64,000 bases of DNA from Actinomycetota bacterium (GCA_046723555.1 JBKOUV010000016.1:160-64159); one strand, 5' to 3'. Positions 9,124 to 17,859 are shown, counted from the stretch's first letter. A program made the numbers and translations. The notes: generated by a model not told the origin, from the sequence alone.

Positions 9124-10518
9124 GTGCGAGGGCTGTCACTCCGGGCGCGCCTGCTCGCCGGTATGGCGGTCGTGGTCGCCGCCCTCATCCTCGTCGCGAT
9201 AACGGTCACGACGACCACCCGCGCCTACCTCATCGACCAGATCGACGACCGGCTCGCCGCCGCCGGAGGCCCTGAACGCGACGACCTCGGCCCCCACGGG
9301 CCGCCCGCCGGCGGCCCGGGCGAACGGCTCGGGGATCTCTACGAGGGCGTGATCGGTAGCGACGGTCAGCTGCGCACGATCTTCCCCTCGAACCCGAGCG
9401 GGGAGGAACTTCCAGCGCCCGACATCGATCCCGAACGGGCCGCCAGCGCCGCGTCCACCGGTGCTTCGTTCACGACCGGGGCCGTCGGCGGCGGTGACCT
9501 GCGGTACCGCGTGCGGGTCCGCGCCGGCGACGACGAACTGCACGTCACCGCCCTGCCGCTCACCGACGTGGACGAAACGATCTCCCGGTTGATCACCGTC
9601 GAGGTGGTCGCCACGCTGATCATCGTCGCCGTGCTCGGCGCCGTGACGTGGTGGGTGATCCGTCTCGGCATCCGACCGATCAAGCGGATGACCCGGACCG
9701 CAACCGCCATCGCCGCCGGCGAGCGGAACCTGTCCCAACGGGTCCCCGCAACGGCACCGTCCACCGAGGCCGGCCAGCTCGGGGTGGCGTTGAACGACAT
9801 GCTCCAGACGCTGGAGACGGCGTTCGCCGAACGGACCGAGTCACAGGAGCGGCTGCGCCGGTTCGTCGCCGACGCCTCCCATGAGCTCCGCACGCCGGTG
9901 ACGACGATCCGGGGCTACGCGGAGCTGTACCGCATGGGCGGACTCGCCGGACCGGGCGAGCTCGACGAGGCGATGCGGCGCACGGAGCAGGAGGCGGTGC
10001 GCATGGCCCGGCTCGTCGACGACCTGCTGGCCCTGGCCAAGTTTGACGCGGGCCGCCCACTCGATCTTCATCCGATCGACCTGACCGCGCTGATCGCCGA
10101 CGCCGCGCGCGACGCCCGGGCCGTCGACCCCGACCGCCCGATCACGACCGAGCTCGACGGCCCCGTCGTGGTGCTCGGCGACGAGGACCGGCTGCGCCAG
10201 GTGCTCGCCAACGTCGTCGGCAACGCCCTCGTCCACACACCACGCGGCGCGCCGATCGAGTTGGCGGCGACGACGGCCGACGGCGACGCCCGCGTCACGG
10301 TGACCGATCACGGCCCGGGGATGGCCCCCGAGGTCGCCGCCCGGGTGACCGAGCGGTTCTACCGGGCCGACCGGGCCCGAGCCAGGGACCGGGGCGGGAG
10401 CGGGCTGGGGCTGGCGATCTCCGACGCCGCGGTGATCGCCCACGGCGGCACGATCACCGTCGAGAGCGCGCTCGGCGCGGGAACGACGGTGACGATCCGC
10501 CTGCCGCTGGCCACATAA
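9124..10518 (+). CDS. Sensor histidine kinase (2 TM, HAMP, HisKA, HATPase)
   Basis: 464 aa. H-box FVADASHELRTPVTTIRGYAE. N/G boxes NVVGNALVHTP, DHGPGM, GGSGLGLAI. Starts 7 nt after the response regulator stop. Confidence 0.9.
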   Translation: MRGLSLRARLLAGMAVVVAALILVAITVTTTTRAYLIDQIDDRLAAAGGPERDDLGPHGPPAGGPGERLGDLYEGVIGSDGQLRTIFPSNPSGEELPAPDIDPERAASAASTGASFTTGAVGGGDLRYRVRVRAGDDELHVTALPLTDVDETISRLITVEVVATLIIVAVLGAVTWWVIRLGIRPIKRMTRTATAIAAGERNLSQRVPATAPSTEAGQLGVALNDMLQTLETAFAERTESQERLRRFVADASHELRTPVTTIRGYAELYRMGGLAGPGELDEAMRRTEQEAVRMARLVDDLLALAKFDAGRPLDLHPIDLTALIADAARDARAVDPDRPITTELDGPVVVLGDEDRLRQVLANVVGNALVHTPRGAPIELAATTADGDARVTVTDHGPGMAPEVAARVTERFYRADRARARDRGGSGLGLAISDAAVIAHGGTITVESALGAGTTVTIRLPLAT

Positions 10519-10540
10519 GCGCGTCCGCCAATACCAGCCG

Positions 10541-10586
10541 ATCTGGGCGCAGTTGTTCTCAGCCGCTGAGAAGATCTGCACCCAGA
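10541..10586. repeat. Structured intergenic repeat, family 2 copy E (nested hairpin)
   Basis: ATCTGGGCGCAG-ttg-TTCTCAGC-c-GCTGAGAA-g-ATCTGCACCCAGA. Outer arms pair 10 of 11; inner arms are a perfect 8-bp palindrome. The first 20 nt are identical to the reverse complement of 50176..50195. Confidence 0.8.
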
Positions 10587-10679
10587 AGCCGGAGTGCTAG
10601 GGAACCTCTCAGCCGATCCTCCGCGAGCCGTCAGGTCGGGCCGGTTTGTTGGTGCCATCCCACCAACCCAGGAGGAACG

Positions 10680-11006
10680 ATGAGGAACAGAGCCCTGCTT
10701 GGAGTGGCGGCTGGGCTGACGGCCCTGACCGTCGGCGCCGGCATCGCCTCGGCCCAGAGCAACGACGATGGCGGCACCGACGACTCGGTCGTCGAGCAGC
10801 CGCCGACGACCGACAACTCGACGACCGACAACTCGACGACCGACAACTCGACGACGGACAGCACCACTCCGCCCGACGACTCCCCGTCGCGTGGCGACCG
10901 GGCCGGCTGCGATCACGGCGCCTCGGACCAAGGCGACCAAGGCGACCAACGCGAGCAGGACGGCGCGCCCGGTGGAACGACCGCTCCCGACGACAGCTCG
11001 AGCTGA
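10680..11006 (+). CDS. Small secreted acidic low-complexity repeat protein
   Basis: 108 aa with a strong RBS (caGGAGGaacgATG). Signal peptide MRNRALLGVAAGLTALTVGAGIASA/QS. Mature part is D/T/S/G-rich with TTDNS x3 and GDQ x3, and GC-rich third codon positions. Confidence 0.6.
   Translation: MRNRALLGVAAGLTALTVGAGIASAQSNDDGGTDDSVVEQPPTTDNSTTDNSTTDNSTTDSTTPPDDSPSRGDRAGCDHGASDQGDQGDQREQDGAPGGTTAPDDSSS
10806..10850 (+). repeat. Perfect 15-bp tandem repeat x3 inside the small secreted protein gene
   Basis: ACGACCGACAACTCG repeated three times (encodes TTDNS), followed by a degenerate fourth unit. A second 9-bp repeat, GACCAAGGC-like x3, lies near 10926-10952. Confidence 0.9.
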
Positions 11007-11011
11007 CCGGC

Positions 11012-11734
11012 TTACTCGAACATCGCGATCGTGCGCAGGCGGCGTTCGATGTGATGCTCGAGCGCCCGGGTCGCCAGCACCCCCACCTCGTGGATGGCTG
11101 GTGACTCGGGCGCGCGGAGCGCCTCGTTCAACCGCCCGCCCAGCACGTCGCGGAGCAACCCGAGCGCGGCGGGACTGATCGGCGTGCCCGACCGGCACGA
11201 CCGGCAGAGCACCCCGCCCTCGCCGAGGTCGAACGCCACCAGGGTCACGTCCGGCTCGGTTCCGCCGCAGCGCACACAGCCGTCGAGCTCGGGCTGCAGC
11301 CCCTCGGCGGCGAGCAACTTCCAGTAGAACGCCGGCACGACGAGCGGTGAGCCGCGCTCGGCGATCGTGCGCAGCACGCCGACGAGCATGCGATACAGGC
11401 GGGGGTTGGGCTCGCGCTCGAGGGCCAGCTGATCGGCGGCCTCGAGCACGGCGAGCGCCTGCGACGCCCGATCGAGACTCGCCAGCAGCGGCGACAGCGG
11501 TTCGACCGACTCGGCCTGGCTCACGATGTCGAGCTCCCGCCCTCGATAGAGCAGCAGCCGGACGTGGCTCATCGGCTCCAGGCGGGCGCCGAACTTCGAC
11601 GTCGTCTTGCGCACCCCTTTGGCCACCGCGCGGACCTTGCCGTTCTCCTCGGTGAGCAGGACGACGATGCGATCGGCCTCCCCGAGCTTGTAGGTGCGCA
11701 ACACGACGGCCGTGTCGCGGTACAGGTGACTCAC
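11012..11734 (-). CDS. recO: DNA repair protein RecO
   Basis: Start set to GTG 11734 (VSHLYRDTAVVLRTYKLGEADRIVVLLTEENGKVRAVAKGVRK...). Cys cluster CVRCGG...LCRSC. Starts 4 nt after the upstream ORF stop. Confidence 0.88.
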   Translation of the reverse strand: MSHLYRDTAVVLRTYKLGEADRIVVLLTEENGKVRAVAKGVRKTTSKFGARLEPMSHVRLLLYRGRELDIVSQAESVEPLSPLLASLDRASQALAVLEAADQLALEREPNPRLYRMLVGVLRTIAERGSPLVVPAFYWKLLAAEGLQPELDGCVRCGGTEPDVTLVAFDLGEGGVLCRSCRSGTPISPAALGLLRDVLGGRLNEALRAPESPAIHEVGVLATRALEHHIERRLRTIAMFE

Positions 11735-11738
11735 GCCG

Positions 11739-12272
11739 TCATCCGTCGTCCAAGCCGCCGAAGCGACGACGGCGCGTGGAGTAGTCGTCGAGGGCCGAGG
11801 CCACATGCTCGGCGCCCAGCTCGTCGAACCCCACCGGCAGGAACACCAACTCGCCATACGCCAGCTCCCACACCAGGGACGGCGGCAGCCGCGTCGGTGG
11901 ACCGAGGATCAACACCAGGTCCGGTTCGACATCGGCGGGCTCGTACAGGACACCGGCGACCGACTTCTCGTCGACCTTGACCCCCGGAGGCAACCGTCGC
12001 ATCGCCTCGGCGAACCGCTCGCGCCCGTCGCTGACCGGATCGATGATCACCGTGCAGCGACCGTCGGCGACGACCAGCTCCCGGCGCGGCCGGTCGGTGG
12101 TGGCACCGTTACCGCCCTCCCCCTCGTACGCCCGCACGGTCACCCACGACCCCCCTGCGGCCGCGACCACGGAACCCAGCGCTTCGGCCCGCTCGTGCCA
12201 CTGGCCGTCGTCGACCAGCTCCCACTGGCGCGACGTGCCCGCGACGATCATGACGTGCGCGAGCGAACCCAT
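11739..12272 (-). CDS. Degenerate cis-prenyltransferase (UPPS-fold) paralog, NgBR/Nus1-like; catalytic motifs lost, C-terminal RXG kept
   Basis: ORF 11739..12563 trimmed to ATG 12272 (177 aa). MIVAGTSRQWE replaces IMDGNGRWA and VRAYEGEG replaces FSTENW. DLVLILGPPTRLPPSLVWELAYGELVF aligns to D.(L/V)IRT.GE.R.SNFLLWQ.AY.E..F. The C-terminus is ...YSTRRRRFGGLDDG. Confidence 0.65.
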   Translation of the reverse strand: MGSLAHVMIVAGTSRQWELVDDGQWHERAEALGSVVAAAGGSWVTVRAYEGEGGNGATTDRPRRELVVADGRCTVIIDPVSDGRERFAEAMRRLPPGVKVDEKSVAGVLYEPADVEPDLVLILGPPTRLPPSLVWELAYGELVFLPVGFDELGAEHVASALDDYSTRRRRFGGLDDG

Positions 12273-12336
12273 ACCGGCATTCTCCCACGCGGACGCGGCG
12301 ATGATTCGGCCATAGCCGACGTAGTTTGACGGGACC

Positions 12337-13014
12337 GTGTCCACCGCCGCCCAGAGTCGCAAGCCCCATGTCGCCTGCATCATGGATGGCAACGGGCGAT
12401 GGGCAATGCGGCGCGGGCTGCCCCGCACCGCGGGCCACACCGAGGGCGAGGAGAACCTGGCCCGGGTGGTCCGGCTCGCCGTGCCGCGCGGGATCGGCTG
12501 GCTCACCGTCTTCGGCTTCTCGACGGAGAACTGGGTCCGCCCGCGGACCGAGGTCCGCCACATCCTCAGCCTCCATCACAAGCTCTTCGGCCGCGTCGCC
12601 GAGCTGAACGAACTGAACGTGCGGATCCAATGGATCGGCCGGCCGTTCGACACGGCCGACGCCCGCACCCCCCGCTACATCCAGCGGGCGATCCGCAACG
12701 CCATCGCCGACACCGAGCGGAACACCGGGATGCTGCTGACCGTGGCGTTCGACTACGGCGCCCGCCAGGAGCTCATCGACGCGGTGCGGCGCGCCCGGAC
12801 TGAAGCCGTCGAGATCACCCCGCAGGTGATCGCCGAGCGCCTCTACCTGCCCGAGCTCCCGCCGGTCGACGTGCTCGTGCGCACCAGCGGCGAGCTGCGG
12901 ATCTCCAACTTCCTGCTCTGGCAGAGCGCCGGGGCGGCGATCCACTTCACCGGCAAGACGTGGCCCGAGTTCGACGAACCCGAGCTGGACGCCGCCCTCG
13001 CGTTGGTCTCGTGA
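12337..13014 (+). CDS. uppS: Isoprenyl/undecaprenyl diphosphate synthase (cis-prenyltransferase), C-terminally short
   Basis: 225 aa with a GTG start. HVACIMDGNGRWA, FGFSTENW, RTSGELRISNFLLWQ. It ends ...WPEFDEPELDAALALVS, with no RXG motif. Confidence 0.9.
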   Translation: MSTAAQSRKPHVACIMDGNGRWAMRRGLPRTAGHTEGEENLARVVRLAVPRGIGWLTVFGFSTENWVRPRTEVRHILSLHHKLFGRVAELNELNVRIQWIGRPFDTADARTPRYIQRAIRNAIADTERNTGMLLTVAFDYGARQELIDAVRRARTEAVEITPQVIAERLYLPELPPVDVLVRTSGELRISNFLLWQSAGAAIHFTGKTWPEFDEPELDAALALVS

Positions 13015-13018
13015 CGCG

Positions 13019-14908
13019 GTGAGCGCGTCGACCGTGGACCTCCGTGTGGTCACCGCGGCACTGCCCGACGCCGAACAGCGCTCGGGTCAGGAGCGGATGG
13101 CCGAGCTCGTCGCCGAGGCGATCGAGTCCGGCCGCCACCTCGTCGTGCAGGCCGGCACCGGCACCGGCAAGACGCTCGCCTACCTGGTACCGGCGATCGA
13201 ATCAGGCGCCCGCGTCGTGGTGGCGACGGCGACCAAGGCGCTGCAGGACCAGCTGGCGAACAAGGACCTGCCCTTCCTCGCCTCGGCGCTCCCGACCGAA
13301 TTCGAGTGGGCCGTGCTCAAGGGGCGCAGCAACTACTTGTGCCTCCAGCGGCTACGGGAGGTGCAGACCCCCGGCCAGGACCAGCTCGAGCTGGAAGGCA
13401 TGGGTGGCTCCATCGGCGACGAGATCCGCAAGCTCGCCCGCTGGGCCGGCCGCACCGCCACCGGCGACGCCGCCGAACTCACGTGGGCGCCGACCGACGC
13501 GGCCTGGCGGTCGGTGAGCGTGGGCAGCGACGAGTGTCCCGGTGCCGACCGCTGCCCGATGGGCGAGCCGTGCTTCGCCGAGCGCGCCCGCCGGCGGGCG
13601 TCCGCCGCCGACGTGGTCGTCGTCAACACCCATCTCTACGGCCTCGACGTCGGCAGCGGCGGAGCGATCCTGCCCGAGCACGACGTGGTGGTGTTCGACG
13701 AGGCCCACGTCCTCGAGGACGTGATGAGCGACACGATCGGCGTCCAGCTCGCCCCCGGGCGGTTCATCACCCTCGCCGGGATCGTGCGTCGCATCTTCGA
13801 CGACCCGACCCTGCTCGCCGGCGTCGTCGAGCTCGCCGAGGAGCTCCGTGAGGCGATCGGTCCGTTCGCCGGCGAGCGGCTGCCGGTCCCGTACCCCGAC
13901 ACGGTGCAGGAGGCGCTCAACGAAGCGCGGATCCGGCTCGACCGCGTCCTCGCCGCGTTGGCGGGGATCGACACGCCGCTCGACGACGCCAAGCAACGCA
14001 AGCTGCGGGCGCAGCTGATGACCGGGCGGACGATCGAGCACCTCGACCTCGCCCTCGGTGACCATGACGGCTACGTCGACTTCGTCTCCGGCTCGCCCGA
14101 GCTGCCCCGGCTCGAGATCGCACCGCTGGACGTGGCGCCGTTCCTGGCTGAGAACGTGTGGGCCCGTCGCAGCGCGGTGCTGACCAGCGCGACGATCCCG
14201 GCATCCCTGCCGGCGCGGGTCGGGTTGCCCCAGGATCGGGTCGAAGTGGCCGACGTCGGCAGCCCGTTCGACTACGCCGACCAGGGACTGCTCTACTGCG
14301 CGATGCACGTGCCCGATCCCCGCGCCGAGGGGTACCGCGAGGCGGTCCACGACGAGCTCGCCGCCCTCATCACGGCGGCGGGCGGTCGCACCCTCGCCCT
14401 GTTCACGAGCTGGAAGGCGATGGACCTGGCCGCCGCCGCCGTACGGGACCGGATCGACGTGCCGATCCTCACCCAGCGCGACCTTCCCAAGCCGGCGCTG
14501 GTCGCCCGCTTCGCCCGCGACGAGTCGACGTGCGTGTTCGCCACGGCCGGGTTCTTCCAGGGCGTCGACGTGCCCGGCCGCACGCTCAGCCTGGTCGTCA
14601 TCGACCGGTTGCCGTTCCCCCGCCCCGACGATCCGTTGCTGTCGGCACGCCGCGAGCGACTGGGCCCGGCGGCGTTCAGCCAGATCGACCTTCCCCGGGC
14701 GGCGATGCTGCTCGCCCAGGCCGCGGGCCGATTGATCCGCAACGCGACGGACCGCGGCGTTGTCGCCGTCCTCGACCGCCGGCTCGGTACCGCCCGCTAT
14801 CGCTGGGACATCGTGCGGGCGCTCCCGCCGATGCGGCGGACGCGCGATCGCGCCGAGGTCGAGGCGTTCCTCCGCCTGATCACGTCGGTACCTGACCAGG
14901 GCCAATAG
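13019..14908 (+). CDS. dinG: DinG/XPD-family ATP-dependent DNA helicase
   Basis: 629 aa. Walker A QAGTGTGKT and DEAH box (VVFDEAHVLED). Four-Cys region (YLCLQ, ECPGADRCPMGEPC) consistent with an FeS domain. C-terminal helicase motifs (TSATI, GFFQGVDVPG). Confidence 0.85.
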   Translation: MSASTVDLRVVTAALPDAEQRSGQERMAELVAEAIESGRHLVVQAGTGTGKTLAYLVPAIESGARVVVATATKALQDQLANKDLPFLASALPTEFEWAVLKGRSNYLCLQRLREVQTPGQDQLELEGMGGSIGDEIRKLARWAGRTATGDAAELTWAPTDAAWRSVSVGSDECPGADRCPMGEPCFAERARRRASAADVVVVNTHLYGLDVGSGGAILPEHDVVVFDEAHVLEDVMSDTIGVQLAPGRFITLAGIVRRIFDDPTLLAGVVELAEELREAIGPFAGERLPVPYPDTVQEALNEARIRLDRVLAALAGIDTPLDDAKQRKLRAQLMTGRTIEHLDLALGDHDGYVDFVSGSPELPRLEIAPLDVAPFLAENVWARRSAVLTSATIPASLPARVGLPQDRVEVADVGSPFDYADQGLLYCAMHVPDPRAEGYREAVHDELAALITAAGGRTLALFTSWKAMDLAAAAVRDRIDVPILTQRDLPKPALVARFARDESTCVFATAGFFQGVDVPGRTLSLVVIDRLPFPRPDDPLLSARRERLGPAAFSQIDLPRAAMLLAQAAGRLIRNATDRGVVAVLDRRLGTARYRWDIVRALPPMRRTRDRAEVEAFLRLITSVPDQGQ

Positions 14909-14917
14909 AGTTTTCTC

Positions 14918-16396
14918 GTGATCCGGGACCAGGACGTCCTCGACCCACGTCGGGCGCCCCGGTACACGTCCGCGCGTGCCGCGCGCACGGCGCCGGCGCG
15001 ACAGCGCCGTCCGATGCCGGACCGTCGGCGGTCGGTTCGCCGCAACGACAACCTCCGGTTGCTCGTCGCCGCACTCGTCGCGGTCGCCCTCCTCGGCGGG
15101 CTGCTGGCGGTGCGCTCGATCACCCGAGTGACGCTGACGGGTCGCGTGGCCCCCGGAAAGGTCGCCAGCGCGGTCGGACCGCACCTGTCGGTGCCAACGG
15201 AGATCACGCCGTCGGTGCCCGGCCGGGTGATGACGTTGCGCGGGCTCGTGGACGGGGCCGTCTCGCTGACCGCCAACGGGGACCCGGTCGAACTGGACCG
15301 TGGGGGCGGGTTCGCGGTGCACCTCCCGCAGGAGTGGAAACGAGTTCGGCTCGTCGCCACCGACCGTGCCGGGGCGAAGAACCGGATGGTGGTGGCGATC
15401 AGGCCCAATCCGTCGCGCGCCAATCCGCCGGTGGTCCGGGCCGTGCACGTCACGATCGAGGGCTGGGCGACTCCGGCGGTCCACGACGAGATCGTCGCCA
15501 TGGCCCAGGCGGGGCTGATCAACGCGGTCGAGCTCGACATCAAGGACGAAGATGGCGAGGTCGGCTACGAGAGCAAGGTCGCCCTGGCGAACGAGGCCGG
15601 TGCCGTCCGGACCTACTACGACGCCCGGGAAGCGACCGATGAGCTGCACGCGCTGGACGTCCGGGTCATTGGACGGATCGTCAACTTCTTCGATCCGGTG
15701 CTCGCCAAGTGGGCGTGGAACAACGGTGAGCGAGACATGATCGTGCTCGACGGCGGCGGGGACGCGCCCCTCGCCAACGACTACGGGACGGCCGTGTTCA
15801 CCAACTTCGCCAATCGGCGGGTGCGCCAATACCAGATCGACCTGGCGCGGGAAGCGGTCAAGCTCGGCTTCGACGAGATCCTCTACGACTACGTCCGTCG
15901 CCCGGAGGGCGACTTGTCGGCGATGACGTTTCCCGGCCTCGAGATGCCGCCGGATGTGTCGATCGCCCGCTTCGTCGGCGAGACCAAGACCGCCCTCCAG
16001 GGGACCGACGCGCTGCTCGGGGTCTCGGTCTTCGGGGTCTCGGCCGCCGCACCGCAGGACACCGCGCAGGACGTCGGCTTGCTCGCCCCGCTCGTCGACT
16101 ACATCTCCCCGATGGTGTACCCGGCCTTGTGGGGCTCCGGGCAGTACGGCGTGGAGAGTCCGGTGGAACAACCCGCCGACATCATTTCGGCGTCGTTGAC
16201 CGACTTCGAACGGCTCGCCGCGGGCAGCGGAGCGGCGGTGCGACCGTGGCTGCAGGACTTCTCGTCTCGCGGCGTCCCGTACGGCCCGGATGAGGTGCGG
16301 GCGCAGATCGATGCGGCCGCGGCGACCGGCGCCGACGGGTTCATCCTCTGGAACGTCAAGGCGCTCTATCACGCCGACGCCCTCGACACGAACTAG
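14918..16396 (+). CDS. Membrane-anchored putative glycoside-hydrolase-like TIM-barrel protein (DUF4015/GHL-like)
   Basis: 492 aa. N-terminal TM (LLVAALVAVALLGGLLAV), a beta-rich domain, then VRAVHVTIEGW...NAVELDIKDEDGEVGY...DEILYDYVRRPEG...ISPMVYP...GFILWN. The alternative start at M33 is not excluded. Confidence 0.65.
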   Translation: MIRDQDVLDPRRAPRYTSARAARTAPARQRRPMPDRRRSVRRNDNLRLLVAALVAVALLGGLLAVRSITRVTLTGRVAPGKVASAVGPHLSVPTEITPSVPGRVMTLRGLVDGAVSLTANGDPVELDRGGGFAVHLPQEWKRVRLVATDRAGAKNRMVVAIRPNPSRANPPVVRAVHVTIEGWATPAVHDEIVAMAQAGLINAVELDIKDEDGEVGYESKVALANEAGAVRTYYDAREATDELHALDVRVIGRIVNFFDPVLAKWAWNNGERDMIVLDGGGDAPLANDYGTAVFTNFANRRVRQYQIDLAREAVKLGFDEILYDYVRRPEGDLSAMTFPGLEMPPDVSIARFVGETKTALQGTDALLGVSVFGVSAAAPQDTAQDVGLLAPLVDYISPMVYPALWGSGQYGVESPVEQPADIISASLTDFERLAAGSGAAVRPWLQDFSSRGVPYGPDEVRAQIDAAAATGADGFILWNVKALYHADALDTN

Positions 16397-16518
16397 CGCT
16401 CACGCCTCGGGCGGTCCAAGACGGTGAGTGTCAGGGTGGTTGAGTCTCCGTCGAACCTGTGTTAGACACCTGTTCCGGACGGCCCGGAGCGGTGAGCGGT
16501 CGCAAAGGGGGGACCACG

Positions 16519-17859
16519 ATGACCAGGGGGCGTTCGAAGGTTGTGGTTGTCGCGGCCGCGCTCACGCTCGTGGCCGCGGCGTGCGGCGACGACGATGACG
16601 GCGGTGGAGCCGCCGCGACGACCGGAGCGGCATCGGCGACCACCGGCGCCGCTCCCGCGACGACCGGAGCGGCATCGGCGACGACCGGCGCTGCTCCCGC
16701 GACGACCGGAGCGGGCCCGGCCACGAGCGGCCCGGCGCCCACCGGTGAGCCGGTCAAGATCGGCGTGCTGACGTCGATCACGGGCAACTTCGCTCCGTGG
16801 GGTCTGCAGGTACGCGACGGGATGCAGCTGGCGGTCGACGAGGTCAACGCCGCCGGAGGCGTCGACGGCCGGCCGCTCGAGCTCGACATCGCCGATGACC
16901 AGACCGACCCCGAGCAGGCCACGACCGAGATCGAGCGGCTCATCGAGGACGGCGTGGTCGGCATCGGTGGCGTCATCTCCAGCGACGTCGGCCTGGCCAC
17001 GGCGCGCACGGCCGAGGAGCTCGAGGTGCCGCTGTTCCTCGTCAAGGCGGGGTCCGAGGCGATTCTCACCCGGGACAGCCGGTACACGTTCCGGACGTGT
17101 CTGCCGGCGGCGCCGATGGTGGCGGGGCCGATCGCCCAGTACGTGCAGGACCAGGGCGTCACCAAGGTCGGCGCGATCGTCGCCGACTACGCGTGGGGTC
17201 AGTCGTTCCGCGCCGCGCTCGAGGACGCCATCGGCGGCCTCGAGGGCGTCGACCTGCAGGTCGAGGTGGCACCGGTGCCGGAGACCGACTTCACCACGTA
17301 TCTCCGCAACCTCGAGTCGTTCGGCCCCGAGCTGCTCGTCGCCACCGGCCACCCGCCGGGATCCGGCCCGATCACCGTGCAGTCCGAGCAGCTGGGCCTC
17401 GACGTGCCGGTCACCGGCGCGTACTCGCCGTGGGCGCTGGTCGAGTCGGGCGCCGGCAAAGCCGCGATCGACCGGTACAGCGACTTCGACTGCGCCGACT
17501 TCCAGAGTGACGAGTACCAGGACCTCGCCCGGCGCTACCTGGCGATGTCCGACAACCAGTTCATGGACGATGACGCGGTCGCCGGCTACGGGATCGTCAC
17601 GATGCTCGCCGACGCGGTGAAGAACGCCGGCGACGATCCGGTGGCGATCGCCGAGTACCTCCACGGCCAGGCGTACGACCTGCCCGGGTACTCGTTCCAG
17701 ATGGGCTGGACCGAGTGGGGCGAGCTGGCGACCGCCCAGCCGCTGTTCAGCATCCTCGGCCCCGGCCCGGCACCTGAAGGCGTCAACGAAGCCGGTGACT
17801 GGTATCCGAAGACGCTGATCCTGCCCGACCCGCTCGAGCCGTACGAGCCACCGCAGTAG
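16519..17859 (+). CDS. ABC transporter substrate-binding lipoprotein (Liv/HAAT branched-chain amino acid type)
   Basis: ATG 16519 with RBS aaGGGGGGa. Lipobox LVAAAC, an Ala/Thr/Gly linker, then PVKIGVLTSITGNFAPWG...AVDEVNAAGGVDGRPLEL, typical of type I PBP / LivK-like proteins. Confidence 0.85.
   Translation: MTRGRSKVVVVAAALTLVAAACGDDDDGGGAAATTGAASATTGAAPATTGAASATTGAAPATTGAGPATSGPAPTGEPVKIGVLTSITGNFAPWGLQVRDGMQLAVDEVNAAGGVDGRPLELDIADDQTDPEQATTEIERLIEDGVVGIGGVISSDVGLATARTAEELEVPLFLVKAGSEAILTRDSRYTFRTCLPAAPMVAGPIAQYVQDQGVTKVGAIVADYAWGQSFRAALEDAIGGLEGVDLQVEVAPVPETDFTTYLRNLESFGPELLVATGHPPGSGPITVQSEQLGLDVPVTGAYSPWALVESGAGKAAIDRYSDFDCADFQSDEYQDLARRYLAMSDNQFMDDDAVAGYGIVTMLADAVKNAGDDPVAIAEYLHGQAYDLPGYSFQMGWTEWGELATAQPLFSILGPGPAPEGVNEAGDWYPKTLILPDPLEPYEPPQ
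16615..16716 (+). repeat. 42-bp tandem repeat (2.4 copies) in the linker of the SBP gene
   Basis: GCGACGACCGGAGCGGCATCGGCGAC[C/G]ACCGGCGC[C/T]GCTCCC x2 plus a partial third copy. Encodes ATTGAASATTGAAP repeats. Confidence 0.85.

Noticed and set aside
10806-10850. Tandem repeats here and at 16615..16716 considered as a CRISPR or minisatellite array
   Set aside because: The units are contiguous, with no spacers. They are in frame inside CDS and encode low-complexity linker peptides, and no cas genes are present. They are coding VNTRs, not CRISPR.
13352-16372. 1006-aa ORF on the minus strand, the longest single ORF in this part of the track
   Set aside because: It is antisense to the well-supported dinG-like and DUF4015-like genes. 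The translation is an Arg/Gly/Pro/Asp/Val-rich low-information sequence with no recognisable motif, typical of the open antisense frame in roughly 70% GC DNA.
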